A stretch of DNA of 62,031 bases from positions 1-62,031 of IMG/VR virus record IMGVR_UViG_3300046170_000369. One strand, written 5' to 3'. This DNA is from a virus (Duplodnaviria > Caudoviricetes). Both the position numbers and the translations under genes were made by a program. The notes below the pieces were generated by a model, which saw nothing but the letters and a program-made list of their open reading frames with translations, made no database searches and was not told the origin of the DNA. How positions within the stretch are numbered: the first letter of the stretch is position 1; the number at the start of each line of letters is the position of its first letter. Below are positions 6,991-17,221 of the stretch, piece by piece.

Positions 6991-7817
6991 ATATAGATCA
7001 TGATCAGGAGGTGCTGAAGTTCCATGGACCTTCGAGTAAGATATCCAAGCTAGTCAACGCATACTCGTTGGCTAGCGGGTATACTTGCCCAGGTGCTAAG
7101 GATTGTCTGTCTCGGGCTAACCGCAAGACAGGTAAGATCAAAGACTTCGGTGAGTTCAGATGCTATGCTGCGATGCTTGAGGCGGTCTACCCCTCACTGC
7201 GTAAGCTAGTATGGCACAATACTATGCTCATTAAATCAATAGGCGATGATCGTGACAAGATTGTCGATCTACTTGAACGGTCACTTGTGATGCACAAGCC
7301 TGAGTTTATCTCAGGTTTCAAGGGTATCATGCGACCACATATCGGAGGCGACTTCTTCTCCAAGGAGTACGCTATGGCGGTCAACGACTTCGCATGGAAG
7401 CACAAGGATATGCTGGTGTATTGCTACACTAAGTCTCCTCACTTCTTCCATGGTGAATCGATTGCACCAAACTTTGTGATCAATGTCAGTAGCGGTGGTC
7501 ACTTCGACTACCTTAACTCATACTTCAATGAAGCACACATCGTGTACTCAGAAGAAGAGGCTGAAGAGTTAGGACTTGTGATTGATCATGATGACACAAT
7601 TGCCATGAACCCAGATAGCGGTGACTTTGCTATCCTGCTACATGGCTCACAACCAAAGGGTAGTCACGCACAACAAGCGTTACAACTACTCAAACGAAAC
7701 GGCTTCACGGGCTACAACAAGAAAGGTAAGTCCAAGGAGATAGATTATAAGGCGATGATCACATACAACGAGGTCATGGCTGTAACCCAGAAAACTAAAC
7801 AATCATGCTTAGTATAA
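6981..7817 (+). CDS. GP88-family protein (radical-SAM-related)
   Basis: LASGYTCPGAKDC...CYA, RPHIGGDF and YCYTK motifs. Confidence 0.8.
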   Translation: MDIDIDHDQEVLKFHGPSSKISKLVNAYSLASGYTCPGAKDCLSRANRKTGKIKDFGEFRCYAAMLEAVYPSLRKLVWHNTMLIKSIGDDRDKIVDLLERSLVMHKPEFISGFKGIMRPHIGGDFFSKEYAMAVNDFAWKHKDMLVYCYTKSPHFFHGESIAPNFVINVSSGGHFDYLNSYFNEAHIVYSEEEAEELGLVIDHDDTIAMNPDSGDFAILLHGSQPKGSHAQQALQLLKRNGFTGYNKKGKSKEIDYKAMITYNEVMAVTQKTKQSCLV

Positions 7818-8509
7818 ATAAAAAAGCAACCGAGGAGAAGAAGAAGACGCACAAGCGTCGGAAGACTCTCCATAATGAAAACGCAACCAAGCTACTTCAG
7901 GGGCTTGCGATGAAAAAGAAAGCGGAGGAGATGGTCGAGGATGCTCGGATATCTATTGATCGCTCAGTCTTGGAAGACGCAGTCACTTCTCCTGTAGAAG
8001 CTGGTTATCTGTTCCCTGCTGAGGGTGGCGGTAAGGTCGTTGTCGATCTTCGTAAGCCTATCGCATTCAGTGAGACAAAGAGGCAAGCAGCAGTTGATCT
8101 TGGTATCGACTACGAGCAAACCTTTCCTATCACAGCGACAAACCCCGTACTGCTTTGGAACTTGATCGAGCGGGCAGGAATAAGCGAAGAAGCAGAGGCT
8201 CTACTCAAACTGATTGATAATGCTGTAAGCTCTGATGAGGCTCGTACTTTGTTGGCACATCAAGCCAAGGAAGCAAAAGCTGTCGTGGATGAGTTTCAGG
8301 GGAATGCTATCGATCTAATAGAGAAGCGTGAACTATCCCCTGACCTCTCAGACCTGAGCTACCTCAAGGAGGTATCTCTACTGAGTACACCAGATCGTGA
8401 GGCTTATCTCACATCTATCGGAATTAACACTACTGCTAAGGCAGGCGAAACAACTGCCGAGCAGAAACAAACACTAAATGAATACAAGGAGCGTGTGCTT
8501 CTTGTGTAG
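7805..8509 (+). CDS. Hypothetical protein
   Basis: 234 aa ORF; ATG directly preceded by the motif at 7781-7804. Confidence 0.75.
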   Translation: MLSINKKATEEKKKTHKRRKTLHNENATKLLQGLAMKKKAEEMVEDARISIDRSVLEDAVTSPVEAGYLFPAEGGGKVVVDLRKPIAFSETKRQAAVDLGIDYEQTFPITATNPVLLWNLIERAGISEEAEALLKLIDNAVSSDEARTLLAHQAKEAKAVVDEFQGNAIDLIEKRELSPDLSDLSYLKEVSLLSTPDREAYLTSIGINTTAKAGETTAEQKQTLNEYKERVLLV

Positions 8510-8521
8510 AAAGGAAAAACA

Positions 8522-9448
8522 ATGCCAGGATTACTAAATCACTGCGGTGCAGAGCCTATCTCTCTGCCAAAACTGAGGGCACTACCCGACCCTCAACCAC
8601 TAACTGAAACGCACTACCCTCTTCGACATGATCGATTCGTTGATGAGTGTATCCACCAACTAGGCAAGTATGGCTGGGAGATTAGCAAGGACGATAAAGG
8701 TGAGGATCGTATGGAGTTCTCACTAATCAATACCTTCGCCAATGATCGTTGGTCTAAGGAGATGAAACACAAGGACACTATGTTCGGTGTCATCTGCCTA
8801 AAGTCCAAGTACTCAGACTATGAGCCTACCATTGGACTGAGGAACTCTAACACGATGCACTCCAAGGCTAGGTTTGCTCTGGGTAATCGTGTGTTCGTGT
8901 GTGACAATATGTGCTTCTTTGGTGAGGAGCAGTTCGAGCGTAAGCACACCAAGAACATCTACAACGAGCTTCCACAAATGGTCGAGGATAAGATCAAGAC
9001 CTGTCGTGCTCAGTTCGAGAAAGATCACATGAGGATCGAACACTACAAGTCCACACCATTGGATGGTGGTCAGTTCACTGCATTCGGTAATCAGTACAAG
9101 CTCAATGATGCCGATGATCTTCTTGAGACAATCTTGTCTCGTGCATCAGGTAAGGGTATCATGCTCAATCAGGGTACGGATCGTGAGAAGCATGTACGTA
9201 TTCCTGGTGGTGATGCCTTCGGTCCTTGGCGTACCAATTACTACACAGGTGCAGGTCATGTAGACTTCCTGCGTGGTGACTACTGGGCTTTGCTCAATGC
9301 GTACACTGAGGTGGCTAAGAAGCATGGTGCTGTTGGTGGCTTACATCAGGAGCGTACCCGTGCAGTAACGATGATCCTCGATGAGTTCTCAGGTTTCAAT
9401 AACCGACTCAGGGAGGTTGATTTAATCGAGGAGACGACTGTTGCGTAA
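8522..9448 (+). CDS. DUF932-family protein
   Basis: TETHYPLRH, IGLRNSN...GNRVFVCDNM, RKHT and WALLNAYTE motifs. Confidence 0.8.
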   Translation: MPGLLNHCGAEPISLPKLRALPDPQPLTETHYPLRHDRFVDECIHQLGKYGWEISKDDKGEDRMEFSLINTFANDRWSKEMKHKDTMFGVICLKSKYSDYEPTIGLRNSNTMHSKARFALGNRVFVCDNMCFFGEEQFERKHTKNIYNELPQMVEDKIKTCRAQFEKDHMRIEHYKSTPLDGGQFTAFGNQYKLNDADDLLETILSRASGKGIMLNQGTDREKHVRIPGGDAFGPWRTNYYTGAGHVDFLRGDYWALLNAYTEVAKKHGAVGGLHQERTRAVTMILDEFSGFNNRLREVDLIEETTVA

Positions 9449-9747
9449 TGCAGGTAAAACTGACCACACTTACAGGAGGTCAGTTGTCTGTCGAATCGAT
9501 CTATGATCCTACGTTCGATATGGAACTCACTCGTGCCTCTGAGCAGACTTGTGCCGAAACGCCCAATGATCTGCCAGAGACGAGGTGGGTACATCCTATC
9601 ACGCAGGATACCTACATTCACAAGACTGGTAATCTTTACTTACTGGTCGAAGAGGAAAAGGAGGCTCCATGGACTTACGAGAGTACATCCCTAAACAACC
9701 TGTTGAATTTCTCGGCAAATCTCAACAGAAGTGGGCTAGGTTGCTGA
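9448..9747 (+). CDS. Hypothetical protein
   Basis: TAATG coupling to DUF932; 3' end overlaps the next gene. Confidence 0.5.
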   Translation: MQVKLTTLTGGQLSVESIYDPTFDMELTRASEQTCAETPNDLPETRWVHPITQDTYIHKTGNLYLLVEEEKEAPWTYESTSLNNLLNFSANLNRSGLGC

Positions 9748-10286
9748 ATGGTTCTGTTCAGGCAATCAAGGACAATGAGTCTAGGAACTTAAAGGTTCTG
9801 CTCACTGGTCCTCCTGGTGTGGGTAAGACTAGTATGGCACGGTTTCTTGCAAGGCAACTCGTTGTTGATCCGTACAGAAATACCTCGATCATTGAGGAAT
9901 CTGCTGCGGACATCGACATCGATTGGTGCAGGAATCTGAAGCAACAACTAAACTATGTGCCAATGGGCGGTTACATTGCTGTAATTGTCAATGAGGCAGA
10001 CTTGTTGCCAAGAAAGTGTCAGGACTTGTTCCTTCACATCATGGATACCCTACCCAAGGGTGCATTGCTGGCATTCACTAGCAATCTGGAGAAACTAGAA
10101 AAACGATTCGAGGATCGGTGCTTTCGTGTACCGCTAGACAATCCTCACCCTAATGAGATTCAAGACTGGCTTAACTCAAATACCAGTCTCGGCTCAAGCG
10201 TCATCAAGAAGTTAGCCATGCTCAAAGGTGTACGCTCAGTATTCAATCAAGCACAGACGTGCATCATGGCTGAACAAACTAAATAA
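9669..10286 (+). CDS. AAA+ ATPase, clamp-loader/RFC small subunit-like
   Basis: Walker A GPPGVGKT, Walker B variant VIVNEAD, sensor TSN, FEDRC arginine-finger motif. Confidence 0.8.
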   Translation: MDLREYIPKQPVEFLGKSQQKWARLLNGSVQAIKDNESRNLKVLLTGPPGVGKTSMARFLARQLVVDPYRNTSIIEESAADIDIDWCRNLKQQLNYVPMGGYIAVIVNEADLLPRKCQDLFLHIMDTLPKGALLAFTSNLEKLEKRFEDRCFRVPLDNPHPNEIQDWLNSNTSLGSSVIKKLAMLKGVRSVFNQAQTCIMAEQTK

Positions 10287-10288
10287 TT

Positions 10289-11023
10289 ATGAATGTTAAT
10301 CAAACCCTACGGGATATTACAATGTGGTGTAATGGCAATGATCACAGACGACACGCCATTGCAGACTATGGCAGGAAGAAGCTAGGTATTGAAGGCTTTG
10401 AGGGTGTGCATAACCTGCATGCCGACAAGGATGGTTCTTTTGTGCCTGAGCCTGAGGACGGCTGGCCAAGTAAGAAGAAAGATATGGAGCAAGCTCTCAA
10501 TGTGGGCAGGAACAAATGCTATGATCAGATATGGGAAGCCATTCAGGATGGTACGATATCTACTGATTCAGGTGCCCCTACCCCACCAACTGAGTCAGTT
10601 AATGATCCTGTTATTGACGCTACCGAGCTAATGGACGACACGGACACACCACCTGATGAGGATGATATGCTCGAGCAAAGACTTGAGGAAGGTGGAATTG
10701 CTGAGGCTGAAGCTGAGGACACAGATGGCAATGTAGGTATTGGTACCACAGATGGCAATGTAGGTATTGGTACTACACGGGAGCCTGTCGTGACTGAGCG
10801 TATTGAAGACGAGACACCCAACTTCTTGGAGATGGATGAAGACTTAGAGGAAGAGGTTGAGGATGATGAAGAGGTTGAAATCGGCGAACGAGAAATGCTC
10901 CGTGGTCTACATCTGATAATCAGAGAGGTGGTCAAAGAGGAACTCAAGGGCTTTAAGGGCGTTCCAACAAGCAAGACTGAACTAAAGAAACTAATCAAAC
11001 AAACACTCAAGGAGGCATTCTAA
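10289..11023 (+). CDS. Acidic hypothetical protein carrying two GNVGIGT repeats
   Basis: 244 aa, D/E-rich; 27-bp tandem duplication at 10721-10774. Confidence 0.75.
   Translation: MNVNQTLRDITMWCNGNDHRRHAIADYGRKKLGIEGFEGVHNLHADKDGSFVPEPEDGWPSKKKDMEQALNVGRNKCYDQIWEAIQDGTISTDSGAPTPPTESVNDPVIDATELMDDTDTPPDEDDMLEQRLEEGGIAEAEAEDTDGNVGIGTTDGNVGIGTTREPVVTERIEDETPNFLEMDEDLEEEVEDDEEVEIGEREMLRGLHLIIREVVKEELKGFKGVPTSKTELKKLIKQTLKEAF
10721..10777 (+). repeat. 27-bp tandem repeat x2 (TDGNVGIGT)
   Basis: ACAGATGGCAATGTAGGTATTGGTACY twice. Confidence 0.9.
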
Positions 11024-11024
11024 A

Positions 11025-11690
11025 ATGTTAGATCAAATAGAAGAGCAGGTAAATAAAACTGCTAAACAGAAACTAAACGCATACAGGGATAATCTAAATA
11101 AAGAATTCCGAAATATTACGCCTTGGCGCAAGGAATATCGTCAAGTCATTGGTAATATGGGTGGGGAAGATAATATATTCGAGTGGACAGTAGAAACATT
11201 CTTTCTTGTCTACGACAATGTAGATGCGAAGGGGTCTGATGCCATGCGTGGAGATGAGTATGAGATGGCAGAAGCGTGGGGTGCATGGAGATTCTTATAC
11301 CATCTACTCTCTGCTTTCATTGAGGGATTACCCGAAGATGCAGAATATCAGCGGTACACCTTTAAGCGTATGCCAGTTGGGCAGGCACTGATAAATGTGA
11401 TACTTCTCTCTACTCACAGAGCATACGGAGCGTACAAAAGTAAAGAATCCTTAATGGGCGATAAAAAGTACGAATATAAGGACTCTGGCTTTAGAGATTC
11501 ACCAATTACATTTCTTCTAGCTAGAGGTGACCAAGCTGGCTCAGGCTGTTCACTGCTTGGTCAAGGTTACCTCGAAGAGGATCTACTTCATCTATTCAAA
11601 GACAGAACGATCAAGGACATGATCCGTGGTGTTCCCTCTGGAAAAGAAGAGTCAGTCACCATAACTGGTAACGGCTTACAAGTACAATGA
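11025..11690 (+). CDS. Hypothetical protein
   Basis: 221 aa ORF in operon. Confidence 0.7.
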   Translation: MLDQIEEQVNKTAKQKLNAYRDNLNKEFRNITPWRKEYRQVIGNMGGEDNIFEWTVETFFLVYDNVDAKGSDAMRGDEYEMAEAWGAWRFLYHLLSAFIEGLPEDAEYQRYTFKRMPVGQALINVILLSTHRAYGAYKSKESLMGDKKYEYKDSGFRDSPITFLLARGDQAGSGCSLLGQGYLEEDLLHLFKDRTIKDMIRGVPSGKEESVTITGNGLQVQ

Positions 11691-11711
11691 ATGTGGAGGA
11701 CTTAGCAAGAG

Positions 11712-12101
11712 ATGCTCTCAGATACACTAAACAACAAGATAATTACGAACTCGGACGGGCTTATCACAATGGCACGGGCGGGTCAGAAAATGGATTACAA
11801 CCGACAGGTGAACATAGAAAAACTGAAGGAGGTTCTACCAGAGGACGGAGGACTGCACATGGAGGTTCGCAAGGACATCCACGAGCACAAGCACGGAATG
11901 AAGGTAGAACCACACTACAGGTTGATGTGGATGGTTTGCACGAAGGACTTCCAGAACGACAAGAAGAACCTGAGCTTTCCTATCATCACACTTGATACGC
12001 CAATTCATGTCTACATGTCGTGTGTTACCACCTTCGATAAAATCCCATCGGAGGAGGAAATGTTAAATCAACAAATAATGGAGGAATTACAAAATGCCTG
12101 A
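11712..12101 (+). CDS. Hypothetical protein (start uncertain, possibly 11790)
   Basis: ORF overlapping the helicase start. Confidence 0.6.
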   Translation: MLSDTLNNKIITNSDGLITMARAGQKMDYNRQVNIEKLKEVLPEDGGLHMEVRKDIHEHKHGMKVEPHYRLMWMVCTKDFQNDKKNLSFPIITLDTPIHVYMSCVTTFDKIPSEEEMLNQQIMEELQNA

Positions 12102-14592
12102 ATTACATGCAGTAAAACCGCACCTTGTATTGTCCCCCAATGGTGCGTTCAGGGTGGATCGAACAACTAATTATCAGTTGGTCAATGCACTACTAAATTA
12201 TGTCAGAGGCAAGAAGCCGATGACACTGACATACGGGACAGACAGAACAGCACTAATGCGACTAATGGAGCAACATGACAAAGGTCGCCTTTATGTTAGT
12301 TTGGAATGTAAGCGTGAGATACATAAAGCCTTACAGTCATCCAAGCAGGATGTGCCTGTTATTCTTCCGCCAACAGATTACGAGCGGTTCGGACATATCA
12401 AAGACCACTCTAACCTGACGGCTCTGGAGACAATGGATGTGCGTGAGCATCCAAAGATGAAAGCACTGCTAAACAAAAAGCCTGCCCAAAAGCTACCAAT
12501 ACTTATAGCTGGTGAGAACTATACAGCCCGTTACCAAAGCGTGGAGTTTAGATCAAGGTACAAGAAGCCAAGGCTTAAGCTAGAGAATGGTGAGACTGTG
12601 GTGGTAAATAATGAGTATGAACTACGAGGGAATGATCATTCGATTATCATTCGTGATGAGCAGGGTCATGTGTTCAGGTTCAGGGACAATGCCCTTGGTG
12701 ATCGTGAGTTACCCTGCGAGATGATCTGGCTATTCTTCCAGGAGGTTGAGGTAAAGACGGTCAAGGATGCAAACCCTGAAGAGTATGCCAAGACGCTACA
12801 GATGATTGATGAGCTTGGATTCCTGAATGGATTCAAGTGTTATCCTGGACAAGTGGACTACATCACATCCCTCGGGATGACCGACTATGCATTGGTTGCA
12901 GCAGAGACAGGCACGGGTAAATCATTCATTGCTATTGTGCTTGACCTACTAAAGAACAATAAGCGTACACTACTGATTGCACCGAAAGGTACGATCAAGG
13001 ATGGTGAGTTGAATGGTGCATCCCTTGCATCTCAATGGATGAAGGAGTTCAAGCAGTTCTCCCCGACCCGCAAGGTGTTCAAGCTATTCTCTAAGAAGGA
13101 CTATCAGAAGATAATCCAAGAACATGGTGAGCTTCCAGCAGGTGTGTACTTTACTTACCATACTGTTTTCTTCCGTGGCTTTGAGCATATCCCTGCATCG
13201 TGGCAGGTGAATGAACACAATGCTAGGTTTAAGAAATGGTTGCGTAAGACTTATAACATCGAGTGCGAGGAAGGTGTGGCATATGGGATTGGTGAGACAC
13301 GCAATGGTATCACCTGTATTGCTCAGCCAAATCTTTCTACCAAGGTGGGTAAGGCATTCGACATGGTCATCTTGGATGAGGCACATCTTATCTGTAATCC
13401 CAAGTCGGGAGTCACTCGCAGTATGCTAAGGCTACAGCCTAAGTACAAATTCTGCCTGACAGCCACACCTATCCCTAATGCTGTACGCAATCTATTCCCG
13501 CTGATGGGGTGGCTTGCTGTACCTAATTGGTATCAGGGTGATGTATCCAACTCTCGGTGGCCTTACACTCTTAATGATGAGAACAGGTTTGTTAATGAGT
13601 TTCAGTCTAAAGAGTATGATATTACTGCTCGCCTGAATGGTGAGTACAAAGCCCCCAAGAACAGTCCTATACTCAGCAACAAGCAAAAGCTACTGCGTAT
13701 GGTCAAGACAATCATTGCATTCATTACCAAGGAACAATGCAATCCTGATCTTGTTGACTGCAATGTGGAGACTATCCGTGTTCCCTTCGGTAAGTATCAG
13801 AAGCAATTGTACTCATGGAATATGGACTTGGGCAATATACCGCACGAAGACCACAGGACTAAGCATGGTGTGCAGATGATGCGACTCCGTGGTATTTGCT
13901 CTGACCCTGAGGGTCGTGAGTTCAATAAGTTTCCTGGTTTCAAGATGGTCGAAAGCAATATGAACCCCAAGGTAATTGCTATCCTATCTAAGATTGCCAA
14001 GTGTATACAGGAAGGTGAGCAGGTCGTTCATGTCTCTGCTTTCACAGGTCTGAATGATGAATTGGAGAAGCGGTTACAGGAGGCAGGCGTGAAGGTCGCT
14101 AGGATTGATGGTACGCCAGGATTGGATCAGGCTGCTCAGGCTGCAATATTCAAGGAGAAGAAAGCTCAGGTTATGCTCATGGGTATCAAGTGTGCTGCTG
14201 GTCACTCGTTTGATCAGTGTAAGGAGTTGATCATTGGTGGTCTTGAATGGAGCTATGGTTCACTCAATCAGGCATTGGGTAGAGTATTCAGATTGAACTC
14301 ACCTAAAGATGTGAACGCTTATATTGTACTTACAGAGAGTAGCATTGAGGAGATGATGTTTGATCGCTTGGCACAGAAGAGGGATTCTGCCACTATTATC
14401 TTGCACGGCGAACCGATACCTCATGACTATCAAGATACTAGCGTGCAGGAGATATTTGCGGATCACTTCCTATCATACTCGCGTGGTGACGATAACACGA
14501 TGAACGAGGTGGAATGCGAACAGGATTGGGTAGCACTACAAATGGAACTACAACCAAGGAAGGAAGAGTTTGATCCAATTTTAATTGACTAA
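12094..14592 (+). CDS. SNF2-family (SF2) helicase
   Basis: AETGTGKS, ILDEAH, LTATP and QALGRVFR motifs. Confidence 0.9.
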   Translation: MPELHAVKPHLVLSPNGAFRVDRTTNYQLVNALLNYVRGKKPMTLTYGTDRTALMRLMEQHDKGRLYVSLECKREIHKALQSSKQDVPVILPPTDYERFGHIKDHSNLTALETMDVREHPKMKALLNKKPAQKLPILIAGENYTARYQSVEFRSRYKKPRLKLENGETVVVNNEYELRGNDHSIIIRDEQGHVFRFRDNALGDRELPCEMIWLFFQEVEVKTVKDANPEEYAKTLQMIDELGFLNGFKCYPGQVDYITSLGMTDYALVAAETGTGKSFIAIVLDLLKNNKRTLLIAPKGTIKDGELNGASLASQWMKEFKQFSPTRKVFKLFSKKDYQKIIQEHGELPAGVYFTYHTVFFRGFEHIPASWQVNEHNARFKKWLRKTYNIECEEGVAYGIGETRNGITCIAQPNLSTKVGKAFDMVILDEAHLICNPKSGVTRSMLRLQPKYKFCLTATPIPNAVRNLFPLMGWLAVPNWYQGDVSNSRWPYTLNDENRFVNEFQSKEYDITARLNGEYKAPKNSPILSNKQKLLRMVKTIIAFITKEQCNPDLVDCNVETIRVPFGKYQKQLYSWNMDLGNIPHEDHRTKHGVQMMRLRGICSDPEGREFNKFPGFKMVESNMNPKVIAILSKIAKCIQEGEQVVHVSAFTGLNDELEKRLQEAGVKVARIDGTPGLDQAAQAAIFKEKKAQVMLMGIKCAAGHSFDQCKELIIGGLEWSYGSLNQALGRVFRLNSPKDVNAYIVLTESSIEEMMFDRLAQKRDSATIILHGEPIPHDYQDTSVQEIFADHFLSYSRGDDNTMNEVECEQDWVALQMELQPRKEEFDPILID

Positions 14593-15664
14593 GTGTTACC
14601 TAAAGATATTAAAGGTATTTAGAGTGAAGTTAGTTAAAAACAAGAGTGGTCAGTATTCAGTAAAATACACAGGTCAGGACGGAAAAGAAAAGTCCACGGC
14701 TCTAGGTGTAACCCAACTAAGTGAAGCTAAGTCTATTGTATCTGAGCTAAAGATTGCAGAGATGGAGAAGGCTGCCAAGCTTCAACTGCTCTCACAGGAA
14801 GTTGTCGCTAAGCTTACTGGTGCATCAAATCATAACTTCATTGATGTCTTACGTGAATACAAACAACATAGACAACGGGTAGCAAGCTCGCCCAACACGA
14901 TCAATACGATCATGGCAATATACTATCAGTTCTCCAGAGACTATAAGTATGATAAAAGATCAATCTCTGAGGTATCTGAGAAAGACCTACATGATTTCAT
15001 TAATCGTAATGATGGTACATCTCTTAGTAATAAAAGACTGCGACTTACTTCTCTAAGCAGTCTATTTAAATACGCTGTAGCAAAAGGCTACATGCAAATA
15101 AACCCAAGTTCTCTAGTGAAGGTAGACATGGGTAAGATGACTCATGAGCAAAAGGAAGTAGAAAAGAGAAGACCTTTCACTCAATGGGAATACGAACAGG
15201 TAGTAAACCATGCACCCTACTTTTTCAAACAAGCCACCATTCTATCCTACTGGACAGGACTGCGATTGGGTGACTGCTGTAGTTTAGAGTGGGCATCCAT
15301 TACAGATAAACACATAACTGTATGGACAACCAAGAGAGATAAGCGTGTACGAATACCGCTAGGTCACAAGCTATTTGGTGGGCAGAAAGTTATACAAGCA
15401 ATCAAGAGCATAGAAAAGGAAGACGATGTGTATTGCTTCCCTCAGTGGCAAAAGGTTCAGTCAAATAGTAAGACGCGATCCAAGACTAGCGTGTACTTTA
15501 ATCGTATACTCAAAAGACTTTTTATTGAGGGTAAATCATTTCATTGCCTTAGACATAGCTTTACCACTCGCCTGTACAAGGCAGGTATAATGCTAGAGGA
15601 TATTGGCAAGGTGGTTGGTCATTCAAGTACCAAGACCACAGAAGGCTACATACATAAGAAGTAA
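14585..15664 (+). CDS. Tyrosine recombinase/integrase (likely start GTG 14624)
   Basis: TGLRLGD (R), HCLRHS (HxxR), VGHSS...TEGY (H, Y); SAM-like core-binding domain. Confidence 0.9.
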   Translation: MTKCYLKILKVFRVKLVKNKSGQYSVKYTGQDGKEKSTALGVTQLSEAKSIVSELKIAEMEKAAKLQLLSQEVVAKLTGASNHNFIDVLREYKQHRQRVASSPNTINTIMAIYYQFSRDYKYDKRSISEVSEKDLHDFINRNDGTSLSNKRLRLTSLSSLFKYAVAKGYMQINPSSLVKVDMGKMTHEQKEVEKRRPFTQWEYEQVVNHAPYFFKQATILSYWTGLRLGDCCSLEWASITDKHITVWTTKRDKRVRIPLGHKLFGGQKVIQAIKSIEKEDDVYCFPQWQKVQSNSKTRSKTSVYFNRILKRLFIEGKSFHCLRHSFTTRLYKAGIMLEDIGKVVGHSSTKTTEGYIHKK

Positions 15665-15665
15665 G

Positions 15666-15899
15666 CTACTCGTCTTCTTCTTCCAACATCTCGGAACCCA
15701 GATCAATGACCATAGGGTCACTTACTGAGTTCTTCGCTATCTCCAAACAGCCGACTATCGTTTCCATGTGCAGATCGAATTCATTCATGAACCTCGCAAT
15801 GAGGTTATCTAGTTCAATCGTAAATGCATCTATTTGCTCGTGGTACGGCGTCGTCCCCTCTTCGGCTGAATCGAACGGTTCTTTTTCTTCGGAAGACAT
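15666..15899 (-). CDS. Small acidic hypothetical protein
   Basis: 77 aa; last gene of the late strand, converging on the recombinase. Confidence 0.65.
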   Translation of the reverse strand: MSSEEKEPFDSAEEGTTPYHEQIDAFTIELDNLIARFMNEFDLHMETIVGCLEIAKNSVSDPMVIDLGSEMLEEEDE

Positions 15900-16096
15900 T
15901 TTAGATTACTCCTCTTGTTGTTGTTAGGGTTTCCATCCTTGTGGTGTGCTTCCTGCCCTTTCTTGCACTTAGCTTTTCTGCGAGCTTTATTCCTGCTAGA
16001 GCGTCTCTTGATTTGCTCCTTCTTGCCGTGGTATGCATCGTACTCAGAATCCTTTTCGCCTTTTTTGTACTTCCTCTTAGCTCTCATTCCTATCAC
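15830..16096 (-). CDS. Small HNH-motif protein
   Basis: AHHKDGNPNNNKRSNL...N motif; the C-terminal translation in the track may be imprecise. Confidence 0.7.
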   Translation of the reverse strand: MIGMRAKRKYKKGEKDSEYDAYHGKKEQIKRRSSRNKARRKAKCKKGQEAHHKDGNPNNNKRSNLKCLPKKKNRSIQPKRGRRRTTSK

Positions 16097-16344
16097 TTCA
16101 TTGACTTCTTACCTCTGCACTTCCATTTCTTTCTGGATAGAGCATTAGCACAAGGCGGATTCTTGCACTTTTTTATCCCAGCACTGCGAGCACAGTAAGC
16201 ATCTCCCTTTTTTGTTCCTGGGCGTATGCGATCCTTACCATCCTTAGCCTTACCCTTCTGCCCGAACGAACGGCACTTACCCTTCACTCGTTTGGCAAAG
16301 CGTTTACCCTTGGAGGGCTTACAGGCTTTCTTTCTTGCTGGCAT
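16093..16344 (-). CDS. Small basic Cys-containing phage protein
   Basis: SFGQKG...YCARSAG...SRKKWKC pattern, recalled from aquatic phage small proteins. Confidence 0.7.
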   Translation of the reverse strand: MPARKKACKPSKGKRFAKRVKGKCRSFGQKGKAKDGKDRIRPGTKKGDAYCARSAGIKKCKNPPCANALSRKKWKCRGKKSMK

Positions 16345-16460
16345 TAGTATCTTTTTTTTCTGACAGGCTTTTTGCCCATCTTTGATTTAGCTTTGTAGGC
16401 TTTTGCTGCTGCTTTTCCCTTTTTTGTGTAAGGGAATTTCTTTCCATTTACATTTGGCAT
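16344..16460 (-). CDS. Tiny basic protein (38 aa, MPNVNGKKFPYTKKG...)
   Basis: Internal ATG of track ORF 16344-16643; tiles exactly between its neighbours. Confidence 0.6.
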   Translation of the reverse strand: MPNVNGKKFPYTKKGKAAAKAYKAKSKMGKKPVRKKRY

Positions 16461-16461
16461 T

Positions 16462-16680
16462 TTATTTTCCTTTCTTTTTCTTCCACGAAATTCGTGCGGG
16501 TCCTTTTTTCTTATTTTTAGATGAGTTGCATTGTGCCTTAGTGGGTCTACACGCAGGGTATGGTCTTTTACTCTTACCCTTCTTGGCAGACTTTCTTCCA
16601 CAGGGCTTACCTGTCTTGCAGTCAATCCAGCCTTTCCCCCCATTACGGGAGAACCATTTCTTCAAGCCCTCACTGCTCAT
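16462..16680 (-). CDS. Small basic protein (DUF5872-like)
   Basis: GLKKWF...W...TGKPCGR...YPACRP motif. Confidence 0.65.
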   Translation of the reverse strand: MSSEGLKKWFSRNGGKGWIDCKTGKPCGRKSAKKGKSKRPYPACRPTKAQCNSSKNKKKGPARISWKKKKGK

Positions 16681-17221
16681 ACAATAATTTCTGTGGGGTT
16701 AATGATGGCTTTATATTATCCTCCCAAGCATCCTGCACTGCGTCTCCTTTATTTATAACATCCAAAGGAACTTTCATAGAGCCGTATGCATTAGCTGCTT
16801 TAGCTAAATTCTTTTTTACGGGAGAAACATTTGGCATCATATTAAGCGCCATGATCTTCTTGATCTTCCCCACTATCGGTAATGCCCCTACACCCTCAAG
16901 CAGAATGTTAAGCTTAGTCCCATCACCCCTCTTGAATTCACTGTAGGCTCTCCACAAATCATCCCAAGAGGCAACTCCCGTCATATCCCCAAACTCTAGT
17001 ATATTTTCCCAGAGTGGATCACCATCAGCTTGCTTTCTACTTAAGGTTAAAAGATCGTCTAGTTTATCATTCCCAGCACTCTCATACGGAGAATTCATCG
17101 GTCTTGTCGAGGTGGAATCCCAGCTAGTATAATCAATAAGTCTCCTTGGAGTTCGAGGTACGTAAGGGATGCCATCTCCTACATCACCCTGCACTCTCAC
17201 ATCTTGCATTTTATCCTTCAT
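16670..17221 (-). CDS. Hypothetical protein
   Basis: 183 aa; GDMTGVASWDD...GALPIVGK helical motif. Confidence 0.7.
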   Translation of the reverse strand: MKDKMQDVRVQGDVGDGIPYVPRTPRRLIDYTSWDSTSTRPMNSPYESAGNDKLDDLLTLSRKQADGDPLWENILEFGDMTGVASWDDLWRAYSEFKRGDGTKLNILLEGVGALPIVGKIKKIMALNMMPNVSPVKKNLAKAANAYGSMKVPLDVINKGDAVQDAWEDNIKPSLTPQKLLYEQ

